DNA of 49,126 nucleotides. It comes from Oscillospiraceae bacterium. Its GTDB lineage: Bacteria; Bacillota; Clostridia; Oscillospirales; CAG-272. Made by a program: the position numbers and the translations under genes. Shown here one piece after another: positions 17,458-28,309 of the stretch; the first letter of the stretch is position 1, and the number at the start of each line of letters is the position of its first letter. Under the pieces are notes generated by a model, which made no database searches, was not told the origin of the DNA, and was given only the letters and a program-made list of their open reading frames with translations. The stretch spans positions 1 through 49,126 of the forward strand of contig SVSA01000003.1 in assembly GCA_015064545.1 (NCBI GenBank), read 5' to 3'.

Positions 17458-19509
17458 ATGAAGACAGAAATTCTTGTTGAGGCCGAAAGTTTTTCTTCAC
17501 TTGGCGGCTGGATTGTGGATCCCGGTGCGATTCATGAGATGGGATCCCCGTATTTGATGGCGCACGGGATGGGTGTTCCGGTGGCCGATGCCGTAACAAC
17601 GGTTGAGGTCGAGGAGGACGGTGCGTATACCGTCTTTGTTCGTACACGCGATTGGACGGCGCCTTGGCAGCATATCAAAAACGGATTGCCGGGCGGTCGC
17701 TTTCAGCTTTTGATCAATGGGGAAGCACTTCCCCATGTTCTTGGCACCAATGGGGCGGCATGGGATTGGCAGGTGGCGGGAAGGGTAAGCTTGACTTCCG
17801 GTGCCGTCACCGTAGCCCTGCATGACTTGACCGGCTTTAACGGCCGTTGTGATGCGATTTGCCTCTCGAAAAGCGGCGTTTGTCCGCCGAAGGAGGGCGA
17901 ACCTCTCGAAAACTGGCGTCATGAGATCAGCGGTCTTACCGTAGTAGAGGATGAGAGGGAATATGATCTCATTGTTTGCGGCGGTGGTATGGCAGGCACC
18001 TGCACAGCGCTTGCCGCCTACCGCAAGGATCTCTCGGTGGCGCTGATTCAGGATCGCCCGGTTTTGGGTGGTTGCAACAGCTCGGAAATCCGTGTGGGAC
18101 TCGGCGGCATGGTGCAGTGCCCGCCGTATCCGCGCCTTGGTTCCCTTGTAACGGAGATCGGCCCGATTTTCGGAAGCGGCGCTACCTACGAAGCGGACTA
18201 TTATGAGGATGGCCGTAAGCGGCGCGCCTTTTTGCCGAATATTCTGATTGATCCCGATACGCGCACTGAGATCTTTCTCCATGCTCCTGTTCCCAATCTT
18301 TGCTTGAATGAGTCGGTCATCCGCGTGGAGCGCGATCCGATGGATGCGGCAAGGATTACGGCGGTGATTACCAAGAATATTCGTACCGGCGTTGAAACCA
18401 GGCGTCGGGCTAAGCTCTTCTCGGACTGCAGCGGCGACGGCTTTGTGGCACGTTCGATGGGCTGTGACTATATGTATGGCCGTGAAGCTCGCTCGGTTTG
18501 GGGCGAGGACATGGCACCGGTTGAGGCCGATCGCTTGGTGATGGGTATGTCGGTTTTGTGGTATACCGAGGACGGTGTGGCTAACGAGCCTTTTCCCGAG
18601 GTGGATTTCGGCATTGCGCTGAATGATGATACTTGTATTGATACCGACCACGGTGACTGGGAATGGGAATGCGGTTTCCGGCGGGATATGCTGACCGAAA
18701 CCGAATACATCCGCGATTATGCATTGATGGTTGTGTATGCCAACTGGTCGTACTTAAAGCATCATGCCGGTACAAAAGAAAAATACAGAAACAAGAAGCT
18801 GGCTTGGGTTTCGCCGATCGGCGGAAAGAGAGAAAGCTGTCGCATTGTCGGTGATTATGTCCTGACGCAGAAGGATGCCGAAGCGGCGTTCTGCTCCTCG
18901 GATGCTACGGCGGTATCCACTTGGGATCTTGATCAGCATATGCCCGAGCCGAAAAACGACGCGCACTTTGAGGAGCCTTTCCGATCCTGCGCTTACCATC
19001 GCGGAACGGTTAATGCCTTTTGTATTCCGTATCGTTGTCTTTATGCCAAGGATGTGAAGAATCTTTTCCTCGGCGGACGGATTATCAGCGTCAGCCACGC
19101 GGCCTTTTCCTCGGTGCGCGTGATGCGTACGCTTGGCGCTTGCGGAGAAGCCGTCGGCCTTGCCGCGGCCGTTTGCCGTCGTAACAATGTCGATCCCCGT
19201 GCGGTTTATACCGACCACCTGCACGAATTCCGCGAGGAGCTTCGCAAGGGTGTCGCTATCCCTCAGCCTCACGGCTATCCGCCTCACGGCTTTGAAACCT
19301 ATCATTTCAAGGAAATCGGAAATCTTAATGCCGATGAGGCGCTGCGGCTTCCTGCGCTGAAGGCGCAGATTGATGCGATGGGTCTCTTACGGCGCTATCC
19401 CGATGAGCATTATTTCAGTGCGGCGTGGGAGGATCTGAAAAATCACAACGGCCGCTACGGTGTTCCGCAATTCCCCCTCGTCCCGGAGGACGACAGTCAA
19501 TCGGAATAA
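17458..19509 (+). CDS. FAD-dependent oxidoreductase (FAD_oxidored-type) with an N-terminal beta-sandwich domain
   Basis: DLIVCGGGMAG..QDRPVLGGCNSSE, DCSGDG, RESCRIVGDY, IPYRCLY, RVMRT. Confidence 0.82.
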   Translation: MKTEILVEAESFSSLGGWIVDPGAIHEMGSPYLMAHGMGVPVADAVTTVEVEEDGAYTVFVRTRDWTAPWQHIKNGLPGGRFQLLINGEALPHVLGTNGAAWDWQVAGRVSLTSGAVTVALHDLTGFNGRCDAICLSKSGVCPPKEGEPLENWRHEISGLTVVEDEREYDLIVCGGGMAGTCTALAAYRKDLSVALIQDRPVLGGCNSSEIRVGLGGMVQCPPYPRLGSLVTEIGPIFGSGATYEADYYEDGRKRRAFLPNILIDPDTRTEIFLHAPVPNLCLNESVIRVERDPMDAARITAVITKNIRTGVETRRRAKLFSDCSGDGFVARSMGCDYMYGREARSVWGEDMAPVEADRLVMGMSVLWYTEDGVANEPFPEVDFGIALNDDTCIDTDHGDWEWECGFRRDMLTETEYIRDYALMVVYANWSYLKHHAGTKEKYRNKKLAWVSPIGGKRESCRIVGDYVLTQKDAEAAFCSSDATAVSTWDLDQHMPEPKNDAHFEEPFRSCAYHRGTVNAFCIPYRCLYAKDVKNLFLGGRIISVSHAAFSSVRVMRTLGACGEAVGLAAAVCRRNNVDPRAVYTDHLHEFREELRKGVAIPQPHGYPPHGFETYHFKEIGNLNADEALRLPALKAQIDAMGLLRRYPDEHYFSAAWEDLKNHNGRYGVPQFPLVPEDDSQSE

Positions 19510-19570
19510 TATGTGTGGCATGACGCATATTATCATAAATCATTTTAACAAGCCGAAAGGAGAATTTCGC

Positions 19571-21127
19571 ATGAAACAGCTATCCCTTCGTTTGACGGTC
19601 ATGTTGCTTCTTGTGGCAATGCTGGCAACAATTTTTGCCGCCTGTCAGACCGAAACCCCCGGAAATACCCCTAAGACAGACCCGGTTACGACCGATGGAG
19701 TTGAGGATAATACCTCCGAGAGCATCGCGGAGACCGATCCGATTCCCGATATCTCGCATTTGGACGGTTTGAATTATAAGGACGAGACCGTTCGGATTAT
19801 GCACCGCGGCGGCGGTACCTTCGATACCGAGTTTGAGGCGGAAGCCAGCTCGGATGATATCGTCGATCAGGCAGTATATAAGAGAAACCGTCAGGTAGAA
19901 GAAAAGCTCGGTGTCGTTTTGGAATACATTCCGAATACCGAAACCGGCTGGCAGAGCACGTATTTGCAGAAAATCCGTGCATCGGTTCTGAACGGTGACG
20001 GTGCATACGACATTTTCTCAGGTCCTGCTTATCACATCACAACACTCATTGTCGAAAATTGCTACTTTAACCTGAATAAGACAGAATACATCGATTTTTC
20101 TCATCCCTGGTGGGCCAACGGTGTTAGTGACGGTATGGCCATTGATGGTAAGGTCTATCTCTGTACCGGTGATATCTCGCTCGGTTTGGTAAAATATCTG
20201 CACTGTCTGATCTTCAATGAGAATTTGCTGGAAGATATTTACAACGATACCTATGATCTGTATCAGATCGTTCAGGACGGCCAGTGGACGCTCGAAAAGA
20301 TGGCCGAGGTGACAATGGGCACTTGGTCGGATGTTGATAAGAACAACGATGTTTCGGATGGCGACCGCTTTGGCTATGTGGTTCCCAACTCCAATCTTCT
20401 TCGTGCCTATATCGATGCTGTAAATCTTAACATTCTTCATGTTGATGAGAACGGCAATGCTGCGTTGTGGGTAGAAAACCAGACTCACGTAACCGAGGCG
20501 ATTGAAACGTTGCACGAATACTTCAATTCGCAGGATGTGCTCTATATTGGCGCCGCTCAGGGCGACCAGTATGCGCTCAATGCCAGCTATGCCGCCTTTA
20601 AGGAAAGCCGTGCGCTCTTCGTACTCGGCCGTCTGACCGATATTTCCTCCACCTATCGTGACATTTCCAGCTTTGAATACGGCGTTCTGCCGCTTCCTAA
20701 GTATGATGAGGACGATGACTACGGCGTAACGCTGTGCGGCTCCGAATCTACCTTTGGTATCAGCTCGGCGCTTTCGATGGATAAGATTAACCGTGCTTCG
20801 GCTGTTCTTGAGGCTCTGTGCTATTACAGCTATCAGGAAGTTACGCCGGTTTACTACGAAGAGGCTCTTCAGATTAAGTACGACCTGTCGGAAGATAAGG
20901 CAATCATGCTTGACTATATCCGTCAGTCGGCTACCTTCAACCCCAATTGCCAGCTCAACATTCTGATCAACAACGGCGATATCTCGGTTGCTCAGAATTC
21001 GACCGACTATGCCGTAACCTATGCGATCATTTACGATTCTTCCTGGATGAATGCTTACGATTCACATAAGGATGCTTGGCAGTTTGGCTTGAATAACCTG
21101 GTTGATAAGATTAAGAATCAGGAATAA
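19571..21127 (+). CDS. Extracellular solute-binding lipoprotein (sugar ABC-type)
   Basis: Lipobox IFAAC, acidic linker, AVYKRN, HPWW, GQWTLE, YGVLPLPKYD, VTPVYYE. ATG 19571 follows AAGGAG. Confidence 0.82.
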   Translation: MKQLSLRLTVMLLLVAMLATIFAACQTETPGNTPKTDPVTTDGVEDNTSESIAETDPIPDISHLDGLNYKDETVRIMHRGGGTFDTEFEAEASSDDIVDQAVYKRNRQVEEKLGVVLEYIPNTETGWQSTYLQKIRASVLNGDGAYDIFSGPAYHITTLIVENCYFNLNKTEYIDFSHPWWANGVSDGMAIDGKVYLCTGDISLGLVKYLHCLIFNENLLEDIYNDTYDLYQIVQDGQWTLEKMAEVTMGTWSDVDKNNDVSDGDRFGYVVPNSNLLRAYIDAVNLNILHVDENGNAALWVENQTHVTEAIETLHEYFNSQDVLYIGAAQGDQYALNASYAAFKESRALFVLGRLTDISSTYRDISSFEYGVLPLPKYDEDDDYGVTLCGSESTFGISSALSMDKINRASAVLEALCYYSYQEVTPVYYEEALQIKYDLSEDKAIMLDYIRQSATFNPNCQLNILINNGDISVAQNSTDYAVTYAIIYDSSWMNAYDSHKDAWQFGLNNLVDKIKNQE

Positions 21128-21156
21128 GTGCAGCAAAATAATATAATAACGCAACC

Positions 21157-24100
21157 ATGTCTGTTATGAATGTAAAACGAACAATTACGCTTTGGTTTTT
21201 GGCCTTGTTATTGGTACTCACTCCCATTCTCCACGCCTGCGGCGTGGAGAATGGCGGGGATGACAATACGGGTGAACCGTCCGGCGAAAGCGAAACCACC
21301 GATTCCTTAACACAGGAAGAAACGCCCGGTTCGGCCGAAGCTGACGGCCGCTATCTTGACGGTATTCGGTTAGCGGATTGGCTCTACCGCGCGGATAAGG
21401 ACAATGAAGGCTTGGAGAAGGGCTGGCATACGAAGTCTACCTCAATCGGATGGACAAAAACGACCTTTCCCGAAAGCTACAGTTATAGCACCTATAGCTG
21501 GTTTTCGCTGAAATTCCGCTGCGACGATCTGGCCCTTAACGAGGGCGAGCGGGCCTTGATTCGGTTTTCCGGTATGCCGTATTATACCGAGTATTGGCTG
21601 AATGGTGAAAAGATCGGCGATCATACCGGTCGCTTTGATGCTTTTACCTTCGATATTACGGAACAGCTCAAGGTAGGAGAGGAAAACTACTTCGCCATCC
21701 GTTGTACCAATCCCGATACCAAGAATGATCTTGACGGCTTGCTGTATAAGCATATCGGCCTTTCCTTTACCGCAAATCCCCGTGTACAGGAGCCGGCCTA
21801 TCTCTATGTTGTTCCCACGGTTTATGCCGAAGACGCCGTTGTCGAGGAAAACTGTGAGGACGGTACCGTTTCGATTCACCTAACGCTTCGTAACACTACC
21901 TCGGAGGCAATGAATGTGGTGCTGGAAAGCGCGATTTCCGAGGAAGCTACCGGTATTCGTTTGGAACGTGTCCGCACGACCGTAACAGCGGCACCGGGCG
22001 TTTCGACACATACCGTCTCGATTAAGCTCAACAGCTTCCGTTATTGGAGTCCCGAAGACCCGTTCTTATATCACAGTGAGGTAACGGTAGAGAATGCCGA
22101 CGGCTCCGAGGATACCCTCAGCCGTCTGACAGCATTCCGTACGCTGAAGGTTAATGAGGACGGTTACTACGAGCTTAACGGTGAGACTTACTTCCTCAAG
22201 GGATTGCTGGTCACCAATGTGTTTGCCGAGTCCTTTGAAACCGGAAAGAATGCCTCGTATTATTATGACTATATTACCTATCTGAAGGCTGCCGGCTTTA
22301 ATACGCTTCGATTCCTTGATACGGTACCTCTTCCCGAAATTCTGGATTGGTGTGACCGTATTGGTATGATCGTGTATTCCGAGCATCCGATGGCTTGGCA
22401 CAAGGTTGACGATCCGCAGGGAAGAACCGAGCAGCTCTTCAAGGATACGGTGATTGCCGCCTTGAAAACGCTTCGTTCCCATCCGAGCGTGTTGATCTTT
22501 GGCTTCCAGAATGAAACCGATATCAAGACGTCGTCAGGCGAAGCCACGATTGATCTTTATGAAACCATCAAGAGCGGCCCCTCTTGGGCGCGCCAATATG
22601 CCGAGGATATGGTATTTATGCTGCAAAGCGGCCGTTTTGACGGCAACCGCAGTCTCGGCTCGGCCTCCAATCCCGGTAGCACCACCTGGGATGGCTATAT
22701 GGGAAATGAGGAGGCAGGAGCATCGGAGGAGCTGATTCCAAGCCATGTCAGCAATATGTATTCGCGAGACATGGGGGATATTCACTTCTATCCGCTTCAG
22801 CCCTATGACAGCGAGGTGCTTGCCAAGTACCGCGCGCTGGAACAATATAAGCGCGGGGTTCTGCTTTCGGAAGCGGGAATCGGTACGCTTTATAACATCG
22901 TTTCACTGCTTGCCAACCGTGAGCTTCACGGTATTTCGACAAACGGTTCGGCGTATTTGCCGCAGATTTCGGAGCTGAGACAGTACTACACGAGCTATGG
23001 CCTTGACCGCATCTTCACGTCACCTGAGGCATTGCTTCGCGCATCGAACAAGATGTCGGCGCTGCAAAAAACACGCCTGATGTCGTATATTCGCAGTATC
23101 GATACGATGAACGGGTATATTATGACCGGCGGCATCGACCTGAATGGTCTCGGCGAGGGCATGGTCGGTGAATACGGCGAAACCAAGGATGGCTTTGCGG
23201 AGGCTTTGGCAAACGGCTGGGAGGATTTACGGTTTTCGATTTTGACCGATTCTCTGACCTATTACCGCGGTGCCTCCATGACACTCGATATTGAGCTTTC
23301 GGATCTGAAGCAGCAGCTGACATCCAACCGCGAGTATACGGCTGTTGTCAGTATCCGCGGTGAAAACGGAACCGTGTGGCAGAAGAAGTATACCTTCAAG
23401 CCTGCGGGTGACCCGTTTAATACCGCCATCTGCAGCGAAACCGTGAAGCTGGACTTCGCCGGCGGAGACTATGTTATCAATGTTGAGTTAGAAAAAGGTG
23501 CGCTTCCGGCCAATAACGAATATGCGATATCGGTTTTTGACCGTGACTCTCAGGCAAGTGTTCGGGGAAAGACCGTGTATACCATCGGTGTCAAAACCGC
23601 GGTAACCGCCTTCTTGACCGAACGCGGGGCGACTGTCCGGTCGTATACGGCCGGGGACACGATCGGTAAGAATGTTCTGCTTGTCGGCAGTAATCTGAAT
23701 GATAGCAGCCTGGCACAGGTTGTGGAGGCCGCCAAGAGCGGTGCTCACGTGATCTTCCTTACCAAGGAAGCCTTTACCGCGAATGCGAAGGTGCGCAGTG
23801 CTTTGGGCGTGAACGGTACGGTTTATACCTATAACGATTGGCTGTATCACGGTGAACGCATTGTCTATCGGAATGCTGTGACGGCGGGCTTACAGAACCG
23901 CTGTCTGATGGATACGCTCTATTATGAGAGTGTTTATTCCCCTACCGGTATCATCAAGGCGACAACGCCCGACGATGTCAGTATCGGCTTTGTGCATCTC
24001 GGCGGCAACGATGTGAACCAGGAGTTCGAGTTCCGCGGCGGCTATCAACTGGCTACCTACCAAAAGGGCTCGGGACAGATGACGCTTTCGACGCTGAATC

Positions 24101-24162
24101 TCAGCGACAACCTGGATTCGCCGGTTGCGGCAACGCTTCTGTTGAATTTGATTACCAAGTAA
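21157..24162 (+). CDS. Glycoside hydrolase family 2, lipoprotein form
   Basis: Lipobox LHAC. GH2 motifs WLNG...H.G.F, WSPEDPFLY, GFNTLR, acid/base FQNE, nucleophile LSEAG. Confidence 0.85.
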   Translation: MSVMNVKRTITLWFLALLLVLTPILHACGVENGGDDNTGEPSGESETTDSLTQEETPGSAEADGRYLDGIRLADWLYRADKDNEGLEKGWHTKSTSIGWTKTTFPESYSYSTYSWFSLKFRCDDLALNEGERALIRFSGMPYYTEYWLNGEKIGDHTGRFDAFTFDITEQLKVGEENYFAIRCTNPDTKNDLDGLLYKHIGLSFTANPRVQEPAYLYVVPTVYAEDAVVEENCEDGTVSIHLTLRNTTSEAMNVVLESAISEEATGIRLERVRTTVTAAPGVSTHTVSIKLNSFRYWSPEDPFLYHSEVTVENADGSEDTLSRLTAFRTLKVNEDGYYELNGETYFLKGLLVTNVFAESFETGKNASYYYDYITYLKAAGFNTLRFLDTVPLPEILDWCDRIGMIVYSEHPMAWHKVDDPQGRTEQLFKDTVIAALKTLRSHPSVLIFGFQNETDIKTSSGEATIDLYETIKSGPSWARQYAEDMVFMLQSGRFDGNRSLGSASNPGSTTWDGYMGNEEAGASEELIPSHVSNMYSRDMGDIHFYPLQPYDSEVLAKYRALEQYKRGVLLSEAGIGTLYNIVSLLANRELHGISTNGSAYLPQISELRQYYTSYGLDRIFTSPEALLRASNKMSALQKTRLMSYIRSIDTMNGYIMTGGIDLNGLGEGMVGEYGETKDGFAEALANGWEDLRFSILTDSLTYYRGASMTLDIELSDLKQQLTSNREYTAVVSIRGENGTVWQKKYTFKPAGDPFNTAICSETVKLDFAGGDYVINVELEKGALPANNEYAISVFDRDSQASVRGKTVYTIGVKTAVTAFLTERGATVRSYTAGDTIGKNVLLVGSNLNDSSLAQVVEAAKSGAHVIFLTKEAFTANAKVRSALGVNGTVYTYNDWLYHGERIVYRNAVTAGLQNRCLMDTLYYESVYSPTGIIKATTPDDVSIGFVHLGGNDVNQEFEFRGGYQLATYQKGSGQMTLSTLNLSDNLDSPVAATLLLNLITK

Positions 24163-24279
24163 GGCTTCTTTTGTGATTGAGACAATGCGATGCCGCGTTT
24201 TTGGACACGGCACGCATTGTCTGCCTCGGTTTTTTGAGAATTTTGCAAAAGAATTCGATTTCATGCAAAGGATAACATT

Positions 24280-27204
24280 ATGCAGACACACCGAAAAACG
24301 GTTATGCAAACCATTACCGAGGGATGGCGGTATCGCTGTGATCCCGACGGCATCGGCTTTGAGGAACAATGGCAAAACGGCTTGGGTGAACAGGCTCAGC
24401 CGGTTGACGTTCCCGGTCTGGCGCCAAGCTATGCGCTCTATACCTGGTATGAGGTTGCGTTTGTGCCGATCTTGCAGCCTCAGCCGGGGGAACGGGTTTG
24501 CCTGTGCTTGGCGGGGGCTCCGTATGAAACCGAATATTGGCTGAACGGTGAGCCGATCGGCTCCCATACCGGACGCCATGATGCCTTCTATTTCGATGTG
24601 ACCGATTATCTCGGTCAGACCTGTCGGCTGACGGTGATGACAGCCAATCCCTCTGTACATAAGGCGTATCGGGGATTGACGCAGGCCCATGTCGGTGTTA
24701 CCTTTGTCTCGCAAGCCCGTTTTCAACAGCCGGTGCGTTTGGTATTGCGCCCGGAAGTGCGGCTAGAGGATGTGTTTGTTCGCGCGGACATCGCATCGTC
24801 CTCGGTAACCGTGACGGCGACGGTCTTGAATGCCTCCCCGCGAAAAACCTCCGGTAAGCTTTCGGTTACGGTTTCCGAAAAGGGACAGACGTATTTGTGC
24901 GGGTCCTCGGATCTTGTTTTTGAGACCGATGTCGGAGAAACGACGGTAACCGCTTCGGTTCCTATGGAGCGTTTTTCTCTGTGGTCTCCCGAGCATCCCT
25001 CTCTGTATACCGTGACGGTCGTGCTGTCAGATGATGACAGCGGCCTCTCGGATATCCAAACGTTTTCTACCGCATTCCGTTCGCTCCGGGTGAATGCCAA
25101 CGGCTATTTTGAACTGAACGGTAAGCGGATTTATCTCAAAATGACACATATGGCCAATACCTGGCCGCTTTCTCACGAAACCGCAAAAGATCTGTCCGGC
25201 TACCGTCGGATGCTGATCTATTTAAAGTCCTGCGGCTTCAATGCCATCCGCCAGTTAGCTTCCTGTCCGCTTCCGCAGCTATTGGACCTTTGCGACGAGC
25301 TGGGCTTGATTGTTTATGGTGAGCATCCGATGGCATGGCATAAAAAGGATTGCGAGCAAACCGCATCCCTTTTTGAAATGACCGTGAAGGCCGCGCTGCG
25401 GCGCGATCGAAACCATCCCTGCTTCCTTCTGTTTGGTATGCAGAACGAGACCTTGATTCGTTCTGACGGTCCCTCACCGACGGTCAAGCTGTATCAGGCT
25501 GTCCGTAACTCTCTTTCTTATGCCCGTCCGCCGGCACCCGACGTGGTATTTCTTTTACAAAGTGCCCGCTTTGACGGTAACCGCAGTCTCGGCTCGGCCT
25601 GCAATCCCGGCAGTATTCGCTGGGATGGCTATATGGGCGATGAATCGCCCGATGCCCCCGATACCGTGGTTGACCATCATATTCCCAATTATTTTACGCC
25701 CGGTATGGGAGATGTTCATCTATATCCGGTATTGCCGCACGGCAAGCGTACCAAGGATACCTTGGCCAGCTTTGACAGTATGCGACGCGGTGTCTTCTTC
25801 TCGGAGGCCGGCGTCGGTTCCTTGGCTAACGTGTTCGCGTCTAAGCTGTATTTGGAGCAGTACGGCATAACGCCGCGCAGTCCCGAGGAGGCAAGAATTG
25901 CCGAGCATTGTGAGCAATTCCGTGCCTTCTATACCGCGTATCGTTTGGATCGCATCTTCGCAACACCGGAAGCAGCCTTCCGCGCCAGCTATGCCCTGCA
26001 GGGTAAGCAACGGCGACTTTACTTTGATTATATTCGTCGGGTCGATCGTTTCAGCGGCTACAGCATGACGATGGCGTCCGATGCCGAATATAAAGGGGAG
26101 GGTATTGTCGGTACCTTCCATGAGCCGAAGACAACGATGGCCGACGTCATGTATGACGGATGGTACGATCTTCGCTTCTGCATAACCGTAAATCATACGG
26201 TCTTGTGGCAGGAGGATTTGCTTGAACTGGATATCGTTCTGTCAGATTTTGGTGTCCTGAAGGAAGGGCAATCGTATCCGATTGCCGTTACGCTGAACGG
26301 TGCCGACGGCACCGTGTGGAGCAAAACACTGACCTTCGTGCCGCGTGTCGGCGCGAATGGCGAGCTACCGTTTGCCACAACGCTTCTGAACGAAAAGCTG
26401 CCGCTGAGGGAGCTTCCTCCCGGTGCTTATACGATTGCCGCAGAGTTTCTTGCCGGCGCTTATGCGACCGGTGGCGAACGCACGGTGTATGTGAGAAGCC
26501 GTAAGGAATTGCCGACGCTCGGCACGGTTTACGGCAAGGACCTTCCCCATGAGGTTGTGTCGCTTCTTCATGCTTGCGGTGCCCACGTGGAGGCTTCCCT
26601 GCCGCATCGTGCGCCGGCGGGACGAGTCATACTGGTTGGCAGTAACAGTCTGTATGATCGTGAATTGACCGAGCTCTATGCGCTGGCCGAGGCGGGTGCC
26701 CATGTGGTGATTCTGACACCGGAGGCGCTGATCCGTACCGCGGCCATGAAGTCCGAGGATGAGGGTACGGAGCGCATCGACTTCAGCCTGGCCAAGGTGA
26801 ATGATATCCGTGTGCCGTTTAAGGCCGCCGGCTCCTTGTCCCACTTTGGAAACTGGCTGTATCATTACGAATATGCTGTGCATGAATCCCATGCGACGGC
26901 CGGATTGCCGTCGCGCTGTCTGATGGATCCTGAGTATTATGAGCAGATTTGGTCAAACAAGCTCTTTCGGTTTACCGATGTGCCGCAAGAGCCGGCGGTT
27001 TCCGGCTTCCTTGCCGGACACGATATGACCGGTGATCTCAGCTTCAAATGCGGTTTTCAGCTTGGCACCTTTACCTACGGACGCGGCCTGATCACGCTCA
27101 ATGCGCTCCGCCTGATCGAGAGCGTCGGTTCGCCGGTGGCGGACTTGATTCTCTGCAATTTGGCGGCTTATATCCCCTACGCAGAATCGGAGGAATTGCA
27201 ATAA
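24280..27204 (+). CDS. Glycoside hydrolase family 2, no signal peptide (cytoplasmic paralogue)
   Basis: WLNG..GSHTG, WSPEHPSLY, GFNAIR, MQNE, FSEAG. Shares RFDGNRSLGSA.NPGS..WDGYMG with the upstream GH2. Confidence 0.85.
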   Translation: MQTHRKTVMQTITEGWRYRCDPDGIGFEEQWQNGLGEQAQPVDVPGLAPSYALYTWYEVAFVPILQPQPGERVCLCLAGAPYETEYWLNGEPIGSHTGRHDAFYFDVTDYLGQTCRLTVMTANPSVHKAYRGLTQAHVGVTFVSQARFQQPVRLVLRPEVRLEDVFVRADIASSSVTVTATVLNASPRKTSGKLSVTVSEKGQTYLCGSSDLVFETDVGETTVTASVPMERFSLWSPEHPSLYTVTVVLSDDDSGLSDIQTFSTAFRSLRVNANGYFELNGKRIYLKMTHMANTWPLSHETAKDLSGYRRMLIYLKSCGFNAIRQLASCPLPQLLDLCDELGLIVYGEHPMAWHKKDCEQTASLFEMTVKAALRRDRNHPCFLLFGMQNETLIRSDGPSPTVKLYQAVRNSLSYARPPAPDVVFLLQSARFDGNRSLGSACNPGSIRWDGYMGDESPDAPDTVVDHHIPNYFTPGMGDVHLYPVLPHGKRTKDTLASFDSMRRGVFFSEAGVGSLANVFASKLYLEQYGITPRSPEEARIAEHCEQFRAFYTAYRLDRIFATPEAAFRASYALQGKQRRLYFDYIRRVDRFSGYSMTMASDAEYKGEGIVGTFHEPKTTMADVMYDGWYDLRFCITVNHTVLWQEDLLELDIVLSDFGVLKEGQSYPIAVTLNGADGTVWSKTLTFVPRVGANGELPFATTLLNEKLPLRELPPGAYTIAAEFLAGAYATGGERTVYVRSRKELPTLGTVYGKDLPHEVVSLLHACGAHVEASLPHRAPAGRVILVGSNSLYDRELTELYALAEAGAHVVILTPEALIRTAAMKSEDEGTERIDFSLAKVNDIRVPFKAAGSLSHFGNWLYHYEYAVHESHATAGLPSRCLMDPEYYEQIWSNKLFRFTDVPQEPAVSGFLAGHDMTGDLSFKCGFQLGTFTYGRGLITLNALRLIESVGSPVADLILCNLAAYIPYAESEELQ

Positions 27205-27241
27205 TTCTTCCCATCATCATTTTTGGAGAGGAGCTTCGACC

Positions 27242-28228
27242 ATGAAAAAAATTCTGTTTTCGATGCTATGTTTATCGCTATGTCTCTTCTTGCTTCCGAT
27301 GACGGTTGCGGCGGGCAGCACCACGGTTGCAACTGCCGACCTGAATACCGGAGCCGGTCCCTATGAAACCGGATGGATGGGCGTGGCACAGGTCAATGCC
27401 ATCAGCGGTAAGGCTGTCTTCGCCAAGGCGATCAATGCCTTCAGTCCCGGTTCTCTCGGTAACGATGTCGATGATAACAGTCTCTTGGGACATGGCGGTT
27501 ATTCGAACGGTACGCGCCGTACCAAGCTTTATCCGTTGTCACACAAGGTGGCGGCCGGCACGTATGAAATTACGGTCTGGGTGCTGGATCCCGACGGAGC
27601 CAGAACCCATGAGGGGTCGGATTTCGGCTTTATGCTGACCTTCCATAGTGCGGATCTTGAGGATGATGCTCTGAAAAACGACTGGAATGATTCTGCCAAA
27701 ACCCACGGTGCCCTGATGGTGTTTAATACGCATAAGCCCGCATCCGATGAGGTGCTCAGCGGCGAAAAGCACTGGGACGGCTACGACGGCACCAAGGCTC
27801 AAATGGCTCCGACGGGACGGGTACAGCTGATTGGCTCCAGCTCGTGGGAGGAATATAAGGCAACGATTGAATTGACTGCCGAAAGCGGCAAGATTGCTTT
27901 TTGGCTCTATCAGTGGGCAGGGTATGACAACAAGAGTGCCCTCCAATTCTATGTGGATGATGTCAAGGTCTCGACGGTCGGCAGTGAAGATACCACGATC
28001 ACGACCGAGCCGATGACCGATCCCGAGGCAACCACTGAGCCCACGGTAACTACCGATCCCGCGACAACGCAGGCACCGCAGAGCGAGAGCAAAGCGCCTT
28101 CGGCGGACAGCTCAGCGGAGGTACAACCGTCGAACCCCGGCAGCTCGCTGCCGATGATTCTGACGATTGTGGTAACGGTTCTGCTGGTTGCGGTTGCGCT
28201 GATTACGGTGCTGAAAAAGAAAAAATAA
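27242..28228 (+). CDS. Secreted, membrane-anchored protein with a CBM-like beta-sandwich domain (paralogue 1)
   Basis: Signal peptide. Motifs NGTRRTKLY, AGTY.ITVW, MLTFH, AFWLYQW, FYVDDV. Thr/Pro linker, then SSL-TM-KKKK. Confidence 0.8.
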   Translation: MKKILFSMLCLSLCLFLLPMTVAAGSTTVATADLNTGAGPYETGWMGVAQVNAISGKAVFAKAINAFSPGSLGNDVDDNSLLGHGGYSNGTRRTKLYPLSHKVAAGTYEITVWVLDPDGARTHEGSDFGFMLTFHSADLEDDALKNDWNDSAKTHGALMVFNTHKPASDEVLSGEKHWDGYDGTKAQMAPTGRVQLIGSSSWEEYKATIELTAESGKIAFWLYQWAGYDNKSALQFYVDDVKVSTVGSEDTTITTEPMTDPEATTEPTVTTDPATTQAPQSESKAPSADSSAEVQPSNPGSSLPMILTIVVTVLLVAVALITVLKKKK

Positions 28229-28309
28229 CTTACTCTGTTCTTAATGTCTGACGTGTTCGCAGACACGGCAGGCGTTCAGATAAAAAATTTTATGAAAGGA
28301 ACTGTTCTT

